Shown: positions 29,475-39,967, counted from the first letter of the stretch. The stretch: 64,000 bases of DNA from an uncultured Chloroflexia bacterium (GCA_963804575.1 CAWDQY010000004.1:332-64331), one strand, 5' to 3'. A program made the numbers and translations. Notes: generated by a model not told the origin, from the letters alone.

Positions 29475-30811
29475 ACAGCCGCCGGCGTGAGGCGCCAGTC
29501 GGCCCGGCGGATGGCGAGGATCGCGACTGACCCGACGACGGCCAGCGCGAGCGCCGCGATGAGCATGGACGAGCGCACCCCGAAGAGGTCGGCCAGCCAG
29601 CCCGAAAGCACGGCACCGAACAGGCTTGACCCCTGGAAGGTCATCACCCAGATGCCCATGACACGACCGCGCAGCACGTCGGGCGTGGCGGAGTGCACCG
29701 AGACGAGGGCGTTCTGCGCCAGCGAGATCTGCGCCGCCCCGAGCAGGAAGGCCAGCACGAAGACGACCTCGGTCGAACGCGCCAGGCCGATACCCGCGAC
29801 CAGCAGCGCCATGGCCATCACGCTGGCACCGAGCCAGGCGCGCCGGTCGCCGTGGGCGAAGGTGGTCACCAGCAAGGCCGCCGTCAGCGCCCCCGCGCCG
29901 GAGGCCCCCAGGAAGGCGCCGAAGCCGTCGGCACCAAGGCCCATCTCGTCCTGCACGTAGATGGGAGCGAGGGTGGTGAAGGTGGACATGCCCAGCATGG
30001 CGGCGGCCCAGATGAGCACCAGCGAGAGCCAGACCACCGGCTCGTGCAGCACGAAGGATGCGCCGGCTCGAAGGTCTGACAGGACCGAATGGGAGCTGTC
30101 GGCCCGCTGCCTGCCCGGCTCCCGATAGCGATCCATCCACAGGAAGGAGGCCGACACCACCAGCGAGGCCAGGGCGGCGAAGACGAAGGGACTGGCCGCC
30201 CCGATGGTGGCGACCATGACACCCGCCAACACCGGTCCCAGCAGGCGTGTCGAGTTCCAGGCCGTGGCGTGCAGCGAAGCCGCGCTCGAGATGTCCCGCA
30301 TCGGCACCATCTCGGTCATGAAGGCCTGCCGCACCGGCACCTCCACCGCGATCAGCAGGCCGAAGCCGAAGGACGCGGCAGCGAGCATGGGCAGTGTCTG
30401 CGATCCGCTGAGGATGAGCAGGAAGATGACGGCCGAAAGGGCGGACGCGAACAGCTGCGAAACGATCAGCACCTTCCGCCGTTCGACGCGATCGGCCAGC
30501 ACGCCGCCCAGCGGCCCCACGAAGAAGGTGGGCAGGAAGAAGAAGCCGGTGACGATGCCGACCTGCGCCGCCGTGGCGCCGAGCTCCACCGCCAGCCAGG
30601 GGATGGCCACCAGCGGCATCCACATGGCGAGGCCGCGGAAGATCATGCCGGCGAAGTAGATGCGGAAGCCGGGGTGGCGCAGGGCACGAAAGCCGCGCAG
30701 GCGGCCACGCTCGGCGCGACCGGCCGGCGGTTGGTCAGCCTGCGGCTGCTCCACTGACCCGGTCGCGTCCGTCAGCGCCGGTTCGGCTGGAGTGGCGGGC
30801 GGGTTCGTCAT
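29462..30811 (-). CDS. MFS transporter (MFS_3/EntS-like)
   Basis: 449 aa, 12 predicted TM helices, and a GVLADRVERRKVL loop motif between TM2 and TM3. Confidence 0.85.
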   Translation of the reverse strand: MTNPPATPAEPALTDATGSVEQPQADQPPAGRAERGRLRGFRALRHPGFRIYFAGMIFRGLAMWMPLVAIPWLAVELGATAAQVGIVTGFFFLPTFFVGPLGGVLADRVERRKVLIVSQLFASALSAVIFLLILSGSQTLPMLAAASFGFGLLIAVEVPVRQAFMTEMVPMRDISSAASLHATAWNSTRLLGPVLAGVMVATIGAASPFVFAALASLVVSASFLWMDRYREPGRQRADSSHSVLSDLRAGASFVLHEPVVWLSLVLIWAAAMLGMSTFTTLAPIYVQDEMGLGADGFGAFLGASGAGALTAALLVTTFAHGDRRAWLGASVMAMALLVAGIGLARSTEVVFVLAFLLGAAQISLAQNALVSVHSATPDVLRGRVMGIWVMTFQGSSLFGAVLSGWLADLFGVRSSMLIAALALAVVGSVAILAIRRADWRLTPAAVRST

Positions 30812-30920
30812 CTGTTCGCTCTACTCTACGACGCCCTCGCCTCCAGGGGCCTGGGCCGAGCCCGGCGGGCCGCCTCAGGGCCTGAGCCGAGCCGAACGGC
30901 CTCGCCTGTGCCTGACTGGT

Positions 30921-32031
30921 TCAGCCGGCCGCCTCGAGCTCCACGGTCACCTTGATGGCATCCTGCGCGCCGGCCAGGTGATGGCGGATGGCGGTCGCGT
31001 CCAGGCCAGCGATGCGGTGGGTGATGAGCCCACTGAGCCAGCCGCCCGTGTCCGCTCCGGCTTCCGCCTGGGCGATGGTGGCCACCGCCGCCGCATAGTC
31101 GTCCCAGGAGGCCGCGGCGCTGCCCACGATGACGCGGTTGTAGAGCACGACCGCCTGGTTCAGGCGCGCCATGTCCACGGAGAGTGGCGTGCTGCCCGGC
31201 GTGACGCTGAAGAGCGCCAGGGCCCCGTTGGGTGCCATCGCCGCCACGGCCGGCTCGATGAGCGCCGGCGCGCCCGAACCCTCGAAGACGATGTCGAAGC
31301 CGCCGTCACGCTCCACCAGCGCGTGCAGGTCGAGGTCGGCGGCACTGACGTAGCGGGCACCGATGCGTTCGAGCAGTCTCGCTGTTGCGGTAGGGCGCCT
31401 GGCGCCGTGCGTAGGTGGTCACGTCGATGCCACGCAGGCGCAGCGCCAGCGTGGCCAGCAGGCCGATGGTGCCAGCGCCGGTCACGAGCGCGCGGCGTGG
31501 CTCCCACAGTCCCAGGCGCGCCTGCACCGCGTCGACCTGGCGCAGCGACTTGGTGATGCACGAGAGCGGCTCGGTGAGGACGGCCACCTCCTCGAGCGCG
31601 TCGGGGACAGGCACCACGTAGGCAGCGTCGGTCACGACCTCCGCCGTCATGAAGCCGTGGGCCCGGCTGATGCCGGTCTCGATGAAGACGCGGTCCGTGG
31701 AGAGATCGGGCCGGCCGCTGCGGTCGTAGACGCTGGAGCCGGGACGACGGATGGTGACGACGACGAGCTGTCCCGCCATGACGTCGCTGACGGACGGGCC
31801 GACCTCGGTCACCCGACCCAGGGACTCGTGCCCCAGGATGAGGTAGTCGTCGCCCTCGGGTGCACGGCCGTACTCCCCGGCCAGCAGGTCGGCATCCGTG
31901 CCGCAGAGCCCGGCGCGGATCAGCCGCACCCGCACGCCGCGACCAGCGGGCACATCGTCGAGGCTGGGACGAGCGACGTCCCGGAGGTGCACCGAGTCGG
32001 GTATCCCCGGCCGGACGGCGATGGCGTGCAT
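30921..32031 (-). pseudogene. MDR-family glucose/threonine dehydrogenase-like zinc dehydrogenase, frameshift near 31378
   Basis: CGTDADLLAGEYG, GHESLGRV and GAGTIGLLATL are in ORF 31306..32031. The C-terminal part (ERDGGFDIVFEGSG...) is in ORF 30921..31316. Confidence 0.75.
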
Positions 32032-32175
32032 GGCTCAAGAGCGTAGCCGTTGGCCGTGGCTTCTGGCAGGCCGGGAATCGAAGACGGGCGGTGGACCACC
32101 CACCGCCCGTCTGCGATAGCTCACGGGGCGCCTCACAGCCCCGGGAGTGCGATTGCCAGGGAACGCCAGCGGTCG

Positions 32176-33558
32176 CTAGTAGGCCTCCAGGTAGCGATCC
32201 AGCTCCCACTGCGAGATGTGCATGTTGTACTCAGCCCAGGCCTCACGCTTGGCCTCGAGGTAGTGGCTGAAGACGTGGTTGCCGAGTGCCTCGGCGATGA
32301 CCTCGTCCTTCTCCAGCTCATCGATGGCCTCGCCGAGGTTGGCGGGCAGCTCCTTGATGCCCTTCTCGAGGACGCGGTCGGCGGTCATGTCGAAGAGGCT
32401 CTCCTCGACCGGCTCGGGCAGCTTCATGCCCTTCTCGACACCGTCGAGGCCGGCCGCCAGCATGGCCGCGAAGGCCAGGTAGGCGTTGGCCGTCGGATCG
32501 GGGCAGCGCACCTCGATGCGGGTGGCTTCGATGGAGCGCCCCGGGGAGACCTTGGGCACGCGGATCAGGGCGGAACGGTTGGTGCGGCCCCAGGTCAGGT
32601 AGGTCGGCGCCTCGTAGCCGGGAACGAGGCGCTTGTAGCTGTTGACCAGCGGCGCCAGGATGGCGCTCATGCCACGTGCGTGCGCCAGCACGCCGGCCAT
32701 GTAGGCCTGTGCCAGCTTGGACAAGCCGTACTTGCTGCGCGGCTCGGCGAAGGCGTTCCTCTGCTCCTCGATCGACCACAGGCTCTGATGGGTGTGCATA
32801 CCCGAGCCGTTGATGCCCTCGATGGGCTTGGGCATGAAGGTCGCATACAGGCCGTGCAGCTGGGCGATGGCCTTCAGGGTGAACTTGAAGGTGACGGCGT
32901 TGTCGGCGGTGGTGAGGCCGTCGCTGTACTGGAAGTCGATCTCGTGCTGGCCGTAGGCGACCTCGTGGTGCGCCGCCTCGACGCGGATACCGAAGGCCTC
33001 CAGTGCGTTGACCATGTCGCGGCGCACGGCCTGCGCAAGGTCGGTGCTGTAGTCGAAGTAGCCACCGGTGTCATGCGGCAGCGGCCGGATGCGGCCCTCG
33101 GTGTCCTTGCGGAAGAGGAAGAACTCCAGCTCGGGGCCGGCGTTCCAGATGTAGCCCATGTCCTCGGCGCGCTTCAGCTGCTTCTTGAGCACACCGCGCG
33201 GATCGCCCACGAAGGGATTGCCATCGGGCGTCATGACGTCGCAGATGACGCGGGCAGTGCCACGCGAGCCAAGCGGTCCGGCGCTGAGCTCGCCGCCCTG
33301 CCAGGGGATCTCGGCGAAGGTGCGCATGTCCGGGGCCAGCCACTGGTCGGACTCGGCGATGCGGGTGAAGCCTTCGATCGAGGAGCCGTCGAACCAGGTG
33401 CCGTGCTCCAGCGATTCCTCGAGACGGTATAGCGGGATGGTGATGCCCTTGACGATGCCGAGCAGGTCGGTGAACTGCAGCTCGACGAAGCGGATGTCTC
33501 GCGCCTTGGCGGCCTGGATCTTGTCGAGCGGATCGTTGGACGCGACTTCGATGACCAA
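32176..33558 (-). CDS. glnA: Glutamine synthetase, type I
   Basis: FVELQFTDLLG, GSSIEGF, MPKPIEGINGSGMHTHQSLW, NSYKRLVPGYEAP and RIEVRCPDP. The likely start is TTG at 33558, after GAGGAGAG; the ORF track extends to 33612. Confidence 0.93.
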   Translation of the reverse strand: MVIEVASNDPLDKIQAAKARDIRFVELQFTDLLGIVKGITIPLYRLEESLEHGTWFDGSSIEGFTRIAESDQWLAPDMRTFAEIPWQGGELSAGPLGSRGTARVICDVMTPDGNPFVGDPRGVLKKQLKRAEDMGYIWNAGPELEFFLFRKDTEGRIRPLPHDTGGYFDYSTDLAQAVRRDMVNALEAFGIRVEAAHHEVAYGQHEIDFQYSDGLTTADNAVTFKFTLKAIAQLHGLYATFMPKPIEGINGSGMHTHQSLWSIEEQRNAFAEPRSKYGLSKLAQAYMAGVLAHARGMSAILAPLVNSYKRLVPGYEAPTYLTWGRTNRSALIRVPKVSPGRSIEATRIEVRCPDPTANAYLAFAAMLAAGLDGVEKGMKLPEPVEESLFDMTADRVLEKGIKELPANLGEAIDELEKDEVIAEALGNHVFSHYLEAKREAWAEYNMHISQWELDRYLEAY

Positions 33559-33806
33559 TGGACTCTCCTCTTCATGCCATGCGCTGGGCCCCGGGTCTGG
33601 GTAGGGGCACACAGTGAGGCGGCACGGCCAATTCGGAGCATATGAGGTGGCGGGCCGCGATAGGTTGCTCCACGGTTACACCTCAGGGGCAGTCCCCGGA
33701 CGAATCGCCAATCGGGCCTGCGAGCACGTTCGGGGAGGCAGCAGGAACGCCAGGGGGCCTGTGCCGTGCGGCCGTCACGGCACGACGACAGGGGGCTCGC
33801 GTCGGC

Positions 33807-35231
33807 TCAGCTGGGCAGCTTGTCCGTTTCCGTCGCGATCCTCCCACCGCTGGCCAGCTGGACCGCCTCGACGAGCTGACCGAACTCGCCGTCGGCGTCG
33901 ACGTAGCGGTCGGCCACGAAGGCCAGCTCCACGCGGCCGGCACTGATGCGCGCCCAGGCTCGGCGGCGGGGGAAGTAGAAGGTGAGCACGAGGCCGGCGA
34001 TGAGCAGCCCGAAGGCGAGCCAGACGACGGGCTGGCCGGGGTCCTGCTTGATGACCATGCCGGTCCAGCTGCCCACGCCCTGCCAGCTGATGGAGTGACC
34101 GGCGGTGACCTCCGGATCGGTGGTCACGCCCAGCGGGATGGTGGCGAGGAAGAGCGTCTGGTTGACGCCGCTGGCTTCGTCGGCCGGGCCGACGCCCTGC
34201 ATCACCAGCTGGGGGCCAGCATCGCGGCCCTGGCTCAACACGGCCACCAGGCCGGCCTCCGCGCCGGGGATGGTCATGAAGCCCTGCGGCTGGCCCAGCA
34301 GCTCATCGTCCAGCAGCAGCGGGCCATCCCAGACGAGCTCTCCTTCGCCGTCACGGATGGTGAGATCGACCGCGGGGCCGAAGGTGTTCTGATGGAAGAC
34401 GAAGCCATCGAACAGCAGCGGGTCGTTCACCCGGATGGTCTTGCGGGCCACCTCCTGGCCGGCGCGATAGACCGACAGGTCGGTGCTGAAGTCGACGAAG
34501 GAGCCGTCGTCGCGTCGCGGTGCCAGGAAGGCGTTGTTCTTGACCAGCAGGTTGCCTGGCGTACCCACCGCTTGCACCGGCGCCGTGCCTCCCTCCCCCA
34601 CGAACACGACGGTCTCGAAGCCGGCCACCACCGTGAGCGCACCGCCGGCGAGAAAGAGCACCAGGCCGGCGTGCGTCAGCAACGTGGCCAGCTTCTGATA
34701 CTGGTTGCGATCGCCGTAGACGAAGGTGGCGTCATCGGCTTCGACGATCCGCTGGCGGCGGAAGCGGCGACGACGGAACGCGTCGCGCACCAGCTCGACG
34801 GCGTCATCTCCGACTCCCTCGATGACCACGCGGTGGTCGCGTCGTGCGTCGAAGAAGGCGGGCGGCTGCTGGACGCGAGTCCCGTTGACCGATCGCCACA
34901 GCCGCGGCGTGCGGTCGAGCGTGCAGCAGATGATGCTGACGACCAGCACGGTCATCAGCAGCAGGAACCAGGGCGTCGAGAAGACGCTGAAGAAGCCCAG
35001 CCGATCGAAGACATCGACGAGCAGCGAGCCCGCCGGGAGGTCGCTCCAGGCAGCGCGCACGGTGGCCAGCTCCACCGCGTAGCGAGCCGGGTCGTCGGCC
35101 GCCGTGACAGGGAACTGGCGCACGAGCATGCCCACCAGTCCCGCCACCGCCAGCAGCGTGATGAGCACGACCGCGAAGCGGACATCGGTGAGCAGGCGCC
35201 AGGCGGCCGCCCCCACGCGAGCCAGCAGCAT
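33807..35231 (-). CDS. resB: Cytochrome c biogenesis protein ResB/Ccs1
   Basis: N-terminal RLLTDVRFAVVLITLLAVAGLVG, STPWFLLLMTVLVVSIICCTLDR, a large extracytoplasmic domain and a C-terminal TM helix. Confidence 0.85.
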   Translation of the reverse strand: MLLARVGAAAWRLLTDVRFAVVLITLLAVAGLVGMLVRQFPVTAADDPARYAVELATVRAAWSDLPAGSLLVDVFDRLGFFSVFSTPWFLLLMTVLVVSIICCTLDRTPRLWRSVNGTRVQQPPAFFDARRDHRVVIEGVGDDAVELVRDAFRRRRFRRQRIVEADDATFVYGDRNQYQKLATLLTHAGLVLFLAGGALTVVAGFETVVFVGEGGTAPVQAVGTPGNLLVKNNAFLAPRRDDGSFVDFSTDLSVYRAGQEVARKTIRVNDPLLFDGFVFHQNTFGPAVDLTIRDGEGELVWDGPLLLDDELLGQPQGFMTIPGAEAGLVAVLSQGRDAGPQLVMQGVGPADEASGVNQTLFLATIPLGVTTDPEVTAGHSISWQGVGSWTGMVIKQDPGQPVVWLAFGLLIAGLVLTFYFPRRRAWARISAGRVELAFVADRYVDADGEFGQLVEAVQLASGGRIATETDKLPS

Positions 35232-35236
35232 CGGCG

Positions 35237-36460
35237 TCAGGCGCCCTGGCCGACCCTCGTGGCGGCCGCGAGGGCAGCGTCCACGTCGGCAAGCAGATCG
35301 GCGGCGTCCTCCAGGCCGGCAGAGATGCGAACCAGGCCGGGCGAGATGCCGGCGGCTCGCAGCTGCGCCTCGTCGAGCTGTCGGTGCGTGGCGCTGGGCG
35401 GATGGACCGCGTAGGTCGTGACGCTGCCGAGCGTGGCCGTCACCGGCGGGATGGAGAGCCCGTTGATGAAGGCTGCGGCGGCATCACGCGAGGCCAGCTC
35501 GAACGCCAGCATGCCGCCCCCGGAGCGCAGCTCGCGCGCGGCGATGTCCGCCTGCGGATGGCTGGCAAGGCCGGGGTAGGCGACCTGGCGCACGCCGGGT
35601 GCGCGCTCGAGGCAGGTCGCCAGGGCCAGGGCGGTCTGGCTGTGCCGATCCATGCGCACGTGCAGGGTCTGCATGCCGCGCAGGACGAGGAAGGCGGAGA
35701 AGGCCGCCGCGATGCCGCCGGTATCGATGGCCACGTCCCGCACGGCACGGATGCGCTCGGCCGTGCCAGCGACCACGCCGGCGATGACGTCGGAGTGGCC
35801 ACCCAGCCACTTGGTCGCCGACTCGACCACCATGTCGACGCCGAGCTCCAGGGGACGGCAGAGGTAGGGCGAGGCGAAGGTGTTGTCCACCACCACCACG
35901 GCGCCGTGCCGATGCCCCAGCTCCGCCAGGCGTGCCAGGTCGGCCACGACGATGGTCGGGTTGGAAATGGTCTCGGTGTAGAGCAGGCGCGTTGGCGCCG
36001 TAGCGAGCTCCCGTTCCACGGCACCCAGGTCGACCGGATCCACGAAGACGACCTCTACGCCGAGACGTGCCAGCACCCGCTCCATCAGCGCACGGGTGCT
36101 GCCATAGACGGCCCGAGTGCAAACGATGCGGTCGCCCGCCCGCAGCAGCGACACCAGCGCGGCATGGACCGCGCCCATGCCGGAGCCGAACGCGAAGCCT
36201 GCCTCGGCGCCGTGCATCTCGGCGAAGGCGGCTGCCAAGGCGTCGGCGGTGGGGTTCTCGATGCGGGCGTACGTGTAGCCCTGCCGCTCGAAGCCGATCA
36301 GCCCAGCGTAGTCATCGACGTCCCGAGCGTGGAAGGTGGCCGTCTGGTAGATGGGCACCGAGGCGGGAACCTGCTCGACGCGCGGCGGACGCGTGGCGGC
36401 CCTGATGGCGCGGGTGCCGAAGCCGTACTGCTCGTCAGCGGACATGGCCTGACTGTACAC
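35237..36460 (-). CDS. Cys/Met-metabolism PLP-dependent enzyme (cystathionine gamma-synthase / methionine gamma-lyase family)
   Basis: YTRIENPT, DNTFASPYLCRPLELGVDMVVESATKWLGGHSDV (PLP lysine motif) and ISAGLED. Confidence 0.88.
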   Translation of the reverse strand: MYSQAMSADEQYGFGTRAIRAATRPPRVEQVPASVPIYQTATFHARDVDDYAGLIGFERQGYTYARIENPTADALAAAFAEMHGAEAGFAFGSGMGAVHAALVSLLRAGDRIVCTRAVYGSTRALMERVLARLGVEVVFVDPVDLGAVERELATAPTRLLYTETISNPTIVVADLARLAELGHRHGAVVVVDNTFASPYLCRPLELGVDMVVESATKWLGGHSDVIAGVVAGTAERIRAVRDVAIDTGGIAAAFSAFLVLRGMQTLHVRMDRHSQTALALATCLERAPGVRQVAYPGLASHPQADIAARELRSGGGMLAFELASRDAAAAFINGLSIPPVTATLGSVTTYAVHPPSATHRQLDEAQLRAAGISPGLVRISAGLEDAADLLADVDAALAAATRVGQGA

Positions 36461-36888
36461 GCCAGGGCCGGCGAGGCCGATAGCGCGTGCGCCGGTCGCG
36501 GGGGCGTTGCGCCCACCGCGTCAGCGCAGCGGCCGCGGTGGCTGGTCGTCCGGCTCGATGGGAAGCGCGATCCAGGGCCGGTCGCCGCTGCTGCGAATCT
36601 CGTCACTGCGACTTCCGGGGCTGCTTCCGGGGCTGCTTCCGGGGCTGCTTCCGCTGCCACGCCCGAGGTCTGCGGCCGGGCGCTGCGGCGGAGCACCATC
36701 GGCGTGCGAGCCTCCGCTCGGCGGCCTCGTCGAAGATGGCTCGGTCCGCGTCAGCCAAGGCTGATCGGCTGCGCCCGCCGGGCTGGGGAGGTCGGGAGCA
36801 TCCACGGCGGTCCGCATCCGCGTGGGTGGTTCAGGTGGCTCACCGGTAGGTCGGGAGTCGGGACGGGAGCGAGGTTGTGAAGGCGGCG

Positions 36889-38385
36889 TCACCTCGCTCG
36901 ACCACGGAGCGGGACCCGGTTCGCCCGGCTCCACCGGGATGGTCGAGCGGTGGCGCGGCGGCGGCCCGGCGGCCGCGGCGGTGCCTCGTTGAGGGGGTGG
37001 TCGCCCGGGTCGCCATACGGCACGCGTGCACCATCGCCAGCCGCGGTATCGTCCCAGGGCACGGGATCACCGCCGGTGCGAACGTCTTCGGCCGGATCGA
37101 GCTGCACCAGGTCGTGGGTGGCGGAGTCGATGTCGGTCGCGATGCGCTCGGTGCGCGTCTGGTAGCCCACGATGCGGTTCTTGCCGCGACGCTTGGCCTC
37201 GTACATGGCCACGTCGGCCGCCGACACCAGCTGCTCGATGGTGCTGCCGTCATCGGGATAGACCACCAGCCCCACCGAGATGGAGGAGCGCACGTTGCGC
37301 GAGGCCGCGTGCAGCGTCAGCGCCTCGATATCGCGACGCAGCTTCTCCGCGACCACGTAGCCGCCAGCCGCATCCGTCTCCGGCAGCAGCACCACGAACT
37401 CGTCGCCGCCGTAGCGTGCGGCCGCATCGGTGAAGCGGACGGTACGGCGGACGACGTCGGCGATGGCCTTGAGCAGCCGATCGCCCCACTGGTGTCCGAA
37501 GGTGTCATTGACGGGCTTGAGGTCATCCAGGTCGAGCATGAGCATGGTGAAGCCGCGACCCATGCGGTCCGAGCGGCGGAGCTCCTGCTCCATGGTGGTG
37601 AAGAAGAAGGAGCGGTTGTACAGGCCGGTGAGGGCGTCGAAGCGGGAGGCGCGCAGGGCCTCGTCGCGCGCGTGGCGCTGTGACCGGGCGGCCGCGGTCG
37701 CGATGTCGGCGAGCAGGATGAGCGAGACCGCGTTGATGCCCACCCATGCCAGCGCCACTGGTTCGAGCGGACCCGCGACGATGGCGTCCAGCATGCCCAC
37801 GAGCGCGATGGTGAGGGCACCCACGAGCGCGACCGCGATCGGCGCGCGCCCTTCCGTGGAGAGAGCGGTCCCGGCCACCACCAGGTAGAAGCCGACCAGG
37901 AAGGGACTGCCGGCCCCACCGGTCAGCGCCATGAGCAGGCCCAGGAACGCGATGGCGCCGATGCCTTCGAGCGGGCGACGCCAGCGGCCCAGCGCCGCCG
38001 GCGGCACCATGTCCATGAACAGGACCACCAGCAGCGTGCCCGCCGCCAGCAGCGTGAAGATGGCCGGCTCGTTGTCCGGCCAGGCACCCGTGAGCGCCAC
38101 CACCACGCCCACGGAGGCAAGGAAGAGGAACGCCACCACGCGTGCGACCTGGCGGGTGCTGGTGGTGGTGATGAAGGCGAAGCTGCCGCGATACCCGGCT
38201 GCTGCAGGCGCGGCGTCCTGGGTGTCATCGTCATCGTGCTCTCGCCCTGCCGCGTGCGCGGGGTCAGCAGAGGGTCGGCGGCCCATGGGGCGCGTGGCGA
38301 ACGCCGTCGCGTAGGCCACCGTCACGGCCACGGCGGCGATGACGATGAGCCCGACGGCGAGCAGGATGATCTGGTCTGCGGACAC
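36889..38385 (-). CDS. Membrane-anchored diguanylate cyclase (GGDEF domain); the C-terminal end is uncertain
   Basis: About 6 N-terminal TM helices, then DALTGLYNRSFF, a RYGGDEFVVLL active-site motif and YEAKRRGKNR. A Pro-rich tail continues in another frame down to about 36521. Confidence 0.85.
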   Translation of the reverse strand: MSADQIILLAVGLIVIAAVAVTVAYATAFATRPMGRRPSADPAHAAGREHDDDDTQDAAPAAAGYRGSFAFITTTSTRQVARVVAFLFLASVGVVVALTGAWPDNEPAIFTLLAAGTLLVVLFMDMVPPAALGRWRRPLEGIGAIAFLGLLMALTGGAGSPFLVGFYLVVAGTALSTEGRAPIAVALVGALTIALVGMLDAIVAGPLEPVALAWVGINAVSLILLADIATAAARSQRHARDEALRASRFDALTGLYNRSFFFTTMEQELRRSDRMGRGFTMLMLDLDDLKPVNDTFGHQWGDRLLKAIADVVRRTVRFTDAAARYGGDEFVVLLPETDAAGGYVVAEKLRRDIEALTLHAASRNVRSSISVGLVVYPDDGSTIEQLVSAADVAMYEAKRRGKNRIVGYQTRTERIATDIDSATHDLVQLDPAEDVRTGGDPVPWDDTAAGDGARVPYGDPGDHPLNEAPPRPPGRRRATARPSRWSRANRVPLRGRAR

Positions 38386-38552
38386 GCACTACCCCAATAC
38401 CCGCGATCGCGGGTGCGTCAGTGGTGAAGCAGGCCGGGCCACCACAAGTACTCCCTTCACGCTGGGACGATGGTACTGCCCTCGCGTGCCTCACCGCCCC
38501 CCGCCGTGACTGCTAGTGTGGACCGCAGGCAACGTCATGCGATGAGGAAGAC

Positions 38553-38855
38553 ATGAGCGAACGAGCCCGATCCGAACAGGCCTGCCCCGTCTGCGGCCAG
38601 CACACGCTCGCCCTCGACCAGCCCCCCGAGATCGATGTCATGGGCGTGCAGGCCTATAGCGACATGCTCGGGATGGGAGACCTTGCCAACCAGGGCGCCG
38701 TCGGCATCGTCTGCCTGACCTGTGACACGCACTGGCGTGACAAGGCGGCCTTCGACCGGGGCGAGGTAGATCCTGGCGAGGAGATAGCTGCAAGCAGCGA
38801 AGACGTCGGTGCGCCCGACGAGGTCGAGCCCCTGGATGACGGCGACGGGGATTGA
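38553..38855 (+). CDS. Small zinc-ribbon-like protein (CPVC ... CLTC) with an acidic tail
   Basis: 100-aa ORF with two CxxC pairs. It overlaps the start of the downstream sulfotransferase-like gene. Confidence 0.5.
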   Translation: MSERARSEQACPVCGQHTLALDQPPEIDVMGVQAYSDMLGMGDLANQGAVGIVCLTCDTHWRDKAAFDRGEVDPGEEIAASSEDVGAPDEVEPLDDGDGD

Positions 38856-39606
38856 GCGCACGCGCTTCCTGACCGACGCAGGCGAGCCGTCCGCGTTCAT
38901 CATCGTCACCAGCGCGCGCTCGGGATCCAACCTGCTCGTCACCTACCTCCGCCAGGTCTCCCAGTTGGCCTGCTTCGGAGAGATCCTGCGCGAGCGGTTC
39001 CCCGAGACACCCGGCTGGGAGAAGCTCGTCCGCCGGCTGGATCTGCCGGCCGACGCGCGTCGGCTGCATGCGGAGGCGCCGACGGAGTTCTGGGAGCTCT
39101 TCCTTGCTCACGGGCTCCGACGACGGCGCTACCTTGGGGCCAAGGCCTTCTACTACCACCGCCGCGGCGACCAGCTGTGGGATCGCTTCGACGAGCCCGA
39201 CCATCGCGTGCTCCACCTCTGGCGCGATGCCACCTTCGACCAGTACGTCTCGCGCCTGCTGGCGCTCGCAAGCGGCGAGTGGAAAGCCGGCGATGGCGCC
39301 GATGAGCCACGCGTGACGTTCGCGCGCGAGGAGTACCTGAGCTACCGGGAAGCCATGCGGCGGGATGTCGAGTGGGCGCAGACCCGCTATGGCGGCACGG
39401 ACCGCTACCTCGAGCTGGAGTATCGGCAGCTGGCTGATCATGCCCTCGTGGAGGACTTGCTGCTGCGGCTGTTCGGGGAGCGCGTGGACGTTCGCGAAGG
39501 TCTGCGGCGTCAGCGCCCACGACCGAAGATCGAGTACCTGACCAACCCCGCGGACGCCGAACCCTTCGCGGCTGATTCCATCAGCGCTGGCTACGCACCT
39601 GGTTAG
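38836..39606 (+). CDS. Sulfotransferase-family protein (Stf0-like)
   Basis: FIIVTSARSGSNLL resembles the PAPS 5'-phosphosulfate-binding loop (RSGS). The size and a later HLWRD segment fit. Start uncertain: ATG at 38836, or 38809 per the ORF track. Confidence 0.55.
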   Translation: MTATGIERTRFLTDAGEPSAFIIVTSARSGSNLLVTYLRQVSQLACFGEILRERFPETPGWEKLVRRLDLPADARRLHAEAPTEFWELFLAHGLRRRRYLGAKAFYYHRRGDQLWDRFDEPDHRVLHLWRDATFDQYVSRLLALASGEWKAGDGADEPRVTFAREEYLSYREAMRRDVEWAQTRYGGTDRYLELEYRQLADHALVEDLLLRLFGERVDVREGLRRQRPRPKIEYLTNPADAEPFAADSISAGYAPG

Positions 39607-39612
39607 CCTTGC

Positions 39613-39967
39613 TCAGTATCCTCGCTGGTCCCACAGGAACATGAGTACCAGGCTGATGACGACGGCCATGCCGAACATGATCGCGACGACGAGTCCGCCG
39701 GTCAGGCCAAAGGCCAGCGCCGCGATGGCGAAGATCAGCAGCTCGAGCGCGAGGCGCGATGGGTCAGGCAACCGGCGTGACGCCCTGGGAGCCACGAACA
39801 GGCTCCACAACACCATCACGAGGGCCGGCACGCCCAGCCCGACGACGAGCTGGATCGACCAGGTCGTCTGACACCGATGTGCCCCACAGGAACAACGCCA
39901 CCAGCGCGAGCAGCTCCAGGATGAATCGGAAGGCCAGGTTCAGGCCCCGCATCGACCGCTCATCCAT
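39613..39967 (-). pseudogene. DUF2568 (YrdB-like) small membrane protein, frameshift near 39857
   Basis: N-terminus MRGLNLAFRFILELLALVALFLWG in ORF 39764..39967. The rest (IQLVVGLGVPALVMVLWSLFVAPRA...) is in ORF 39613..39831. Confidence 0.6.

Noticed and set aside
33807-35231. resB without adjacent resC/ccsA or ccdA, as an unusual orphan
   Set aside because: The gene is intact and typical, and its partners may simply lie elsewhere in the genome. One window cannot establish absence.
36461-36560. SAM riboswitch (for example SAM-IV) upstream of the Cys/Met PLP-enzyme gene
   Set aside because: I could not find the conserved SAM-IV/SAM-I core segments by eye in the 5' region. There is only a generic GC-rich hairpin. 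A covariance-model scan would be needed to be sure.
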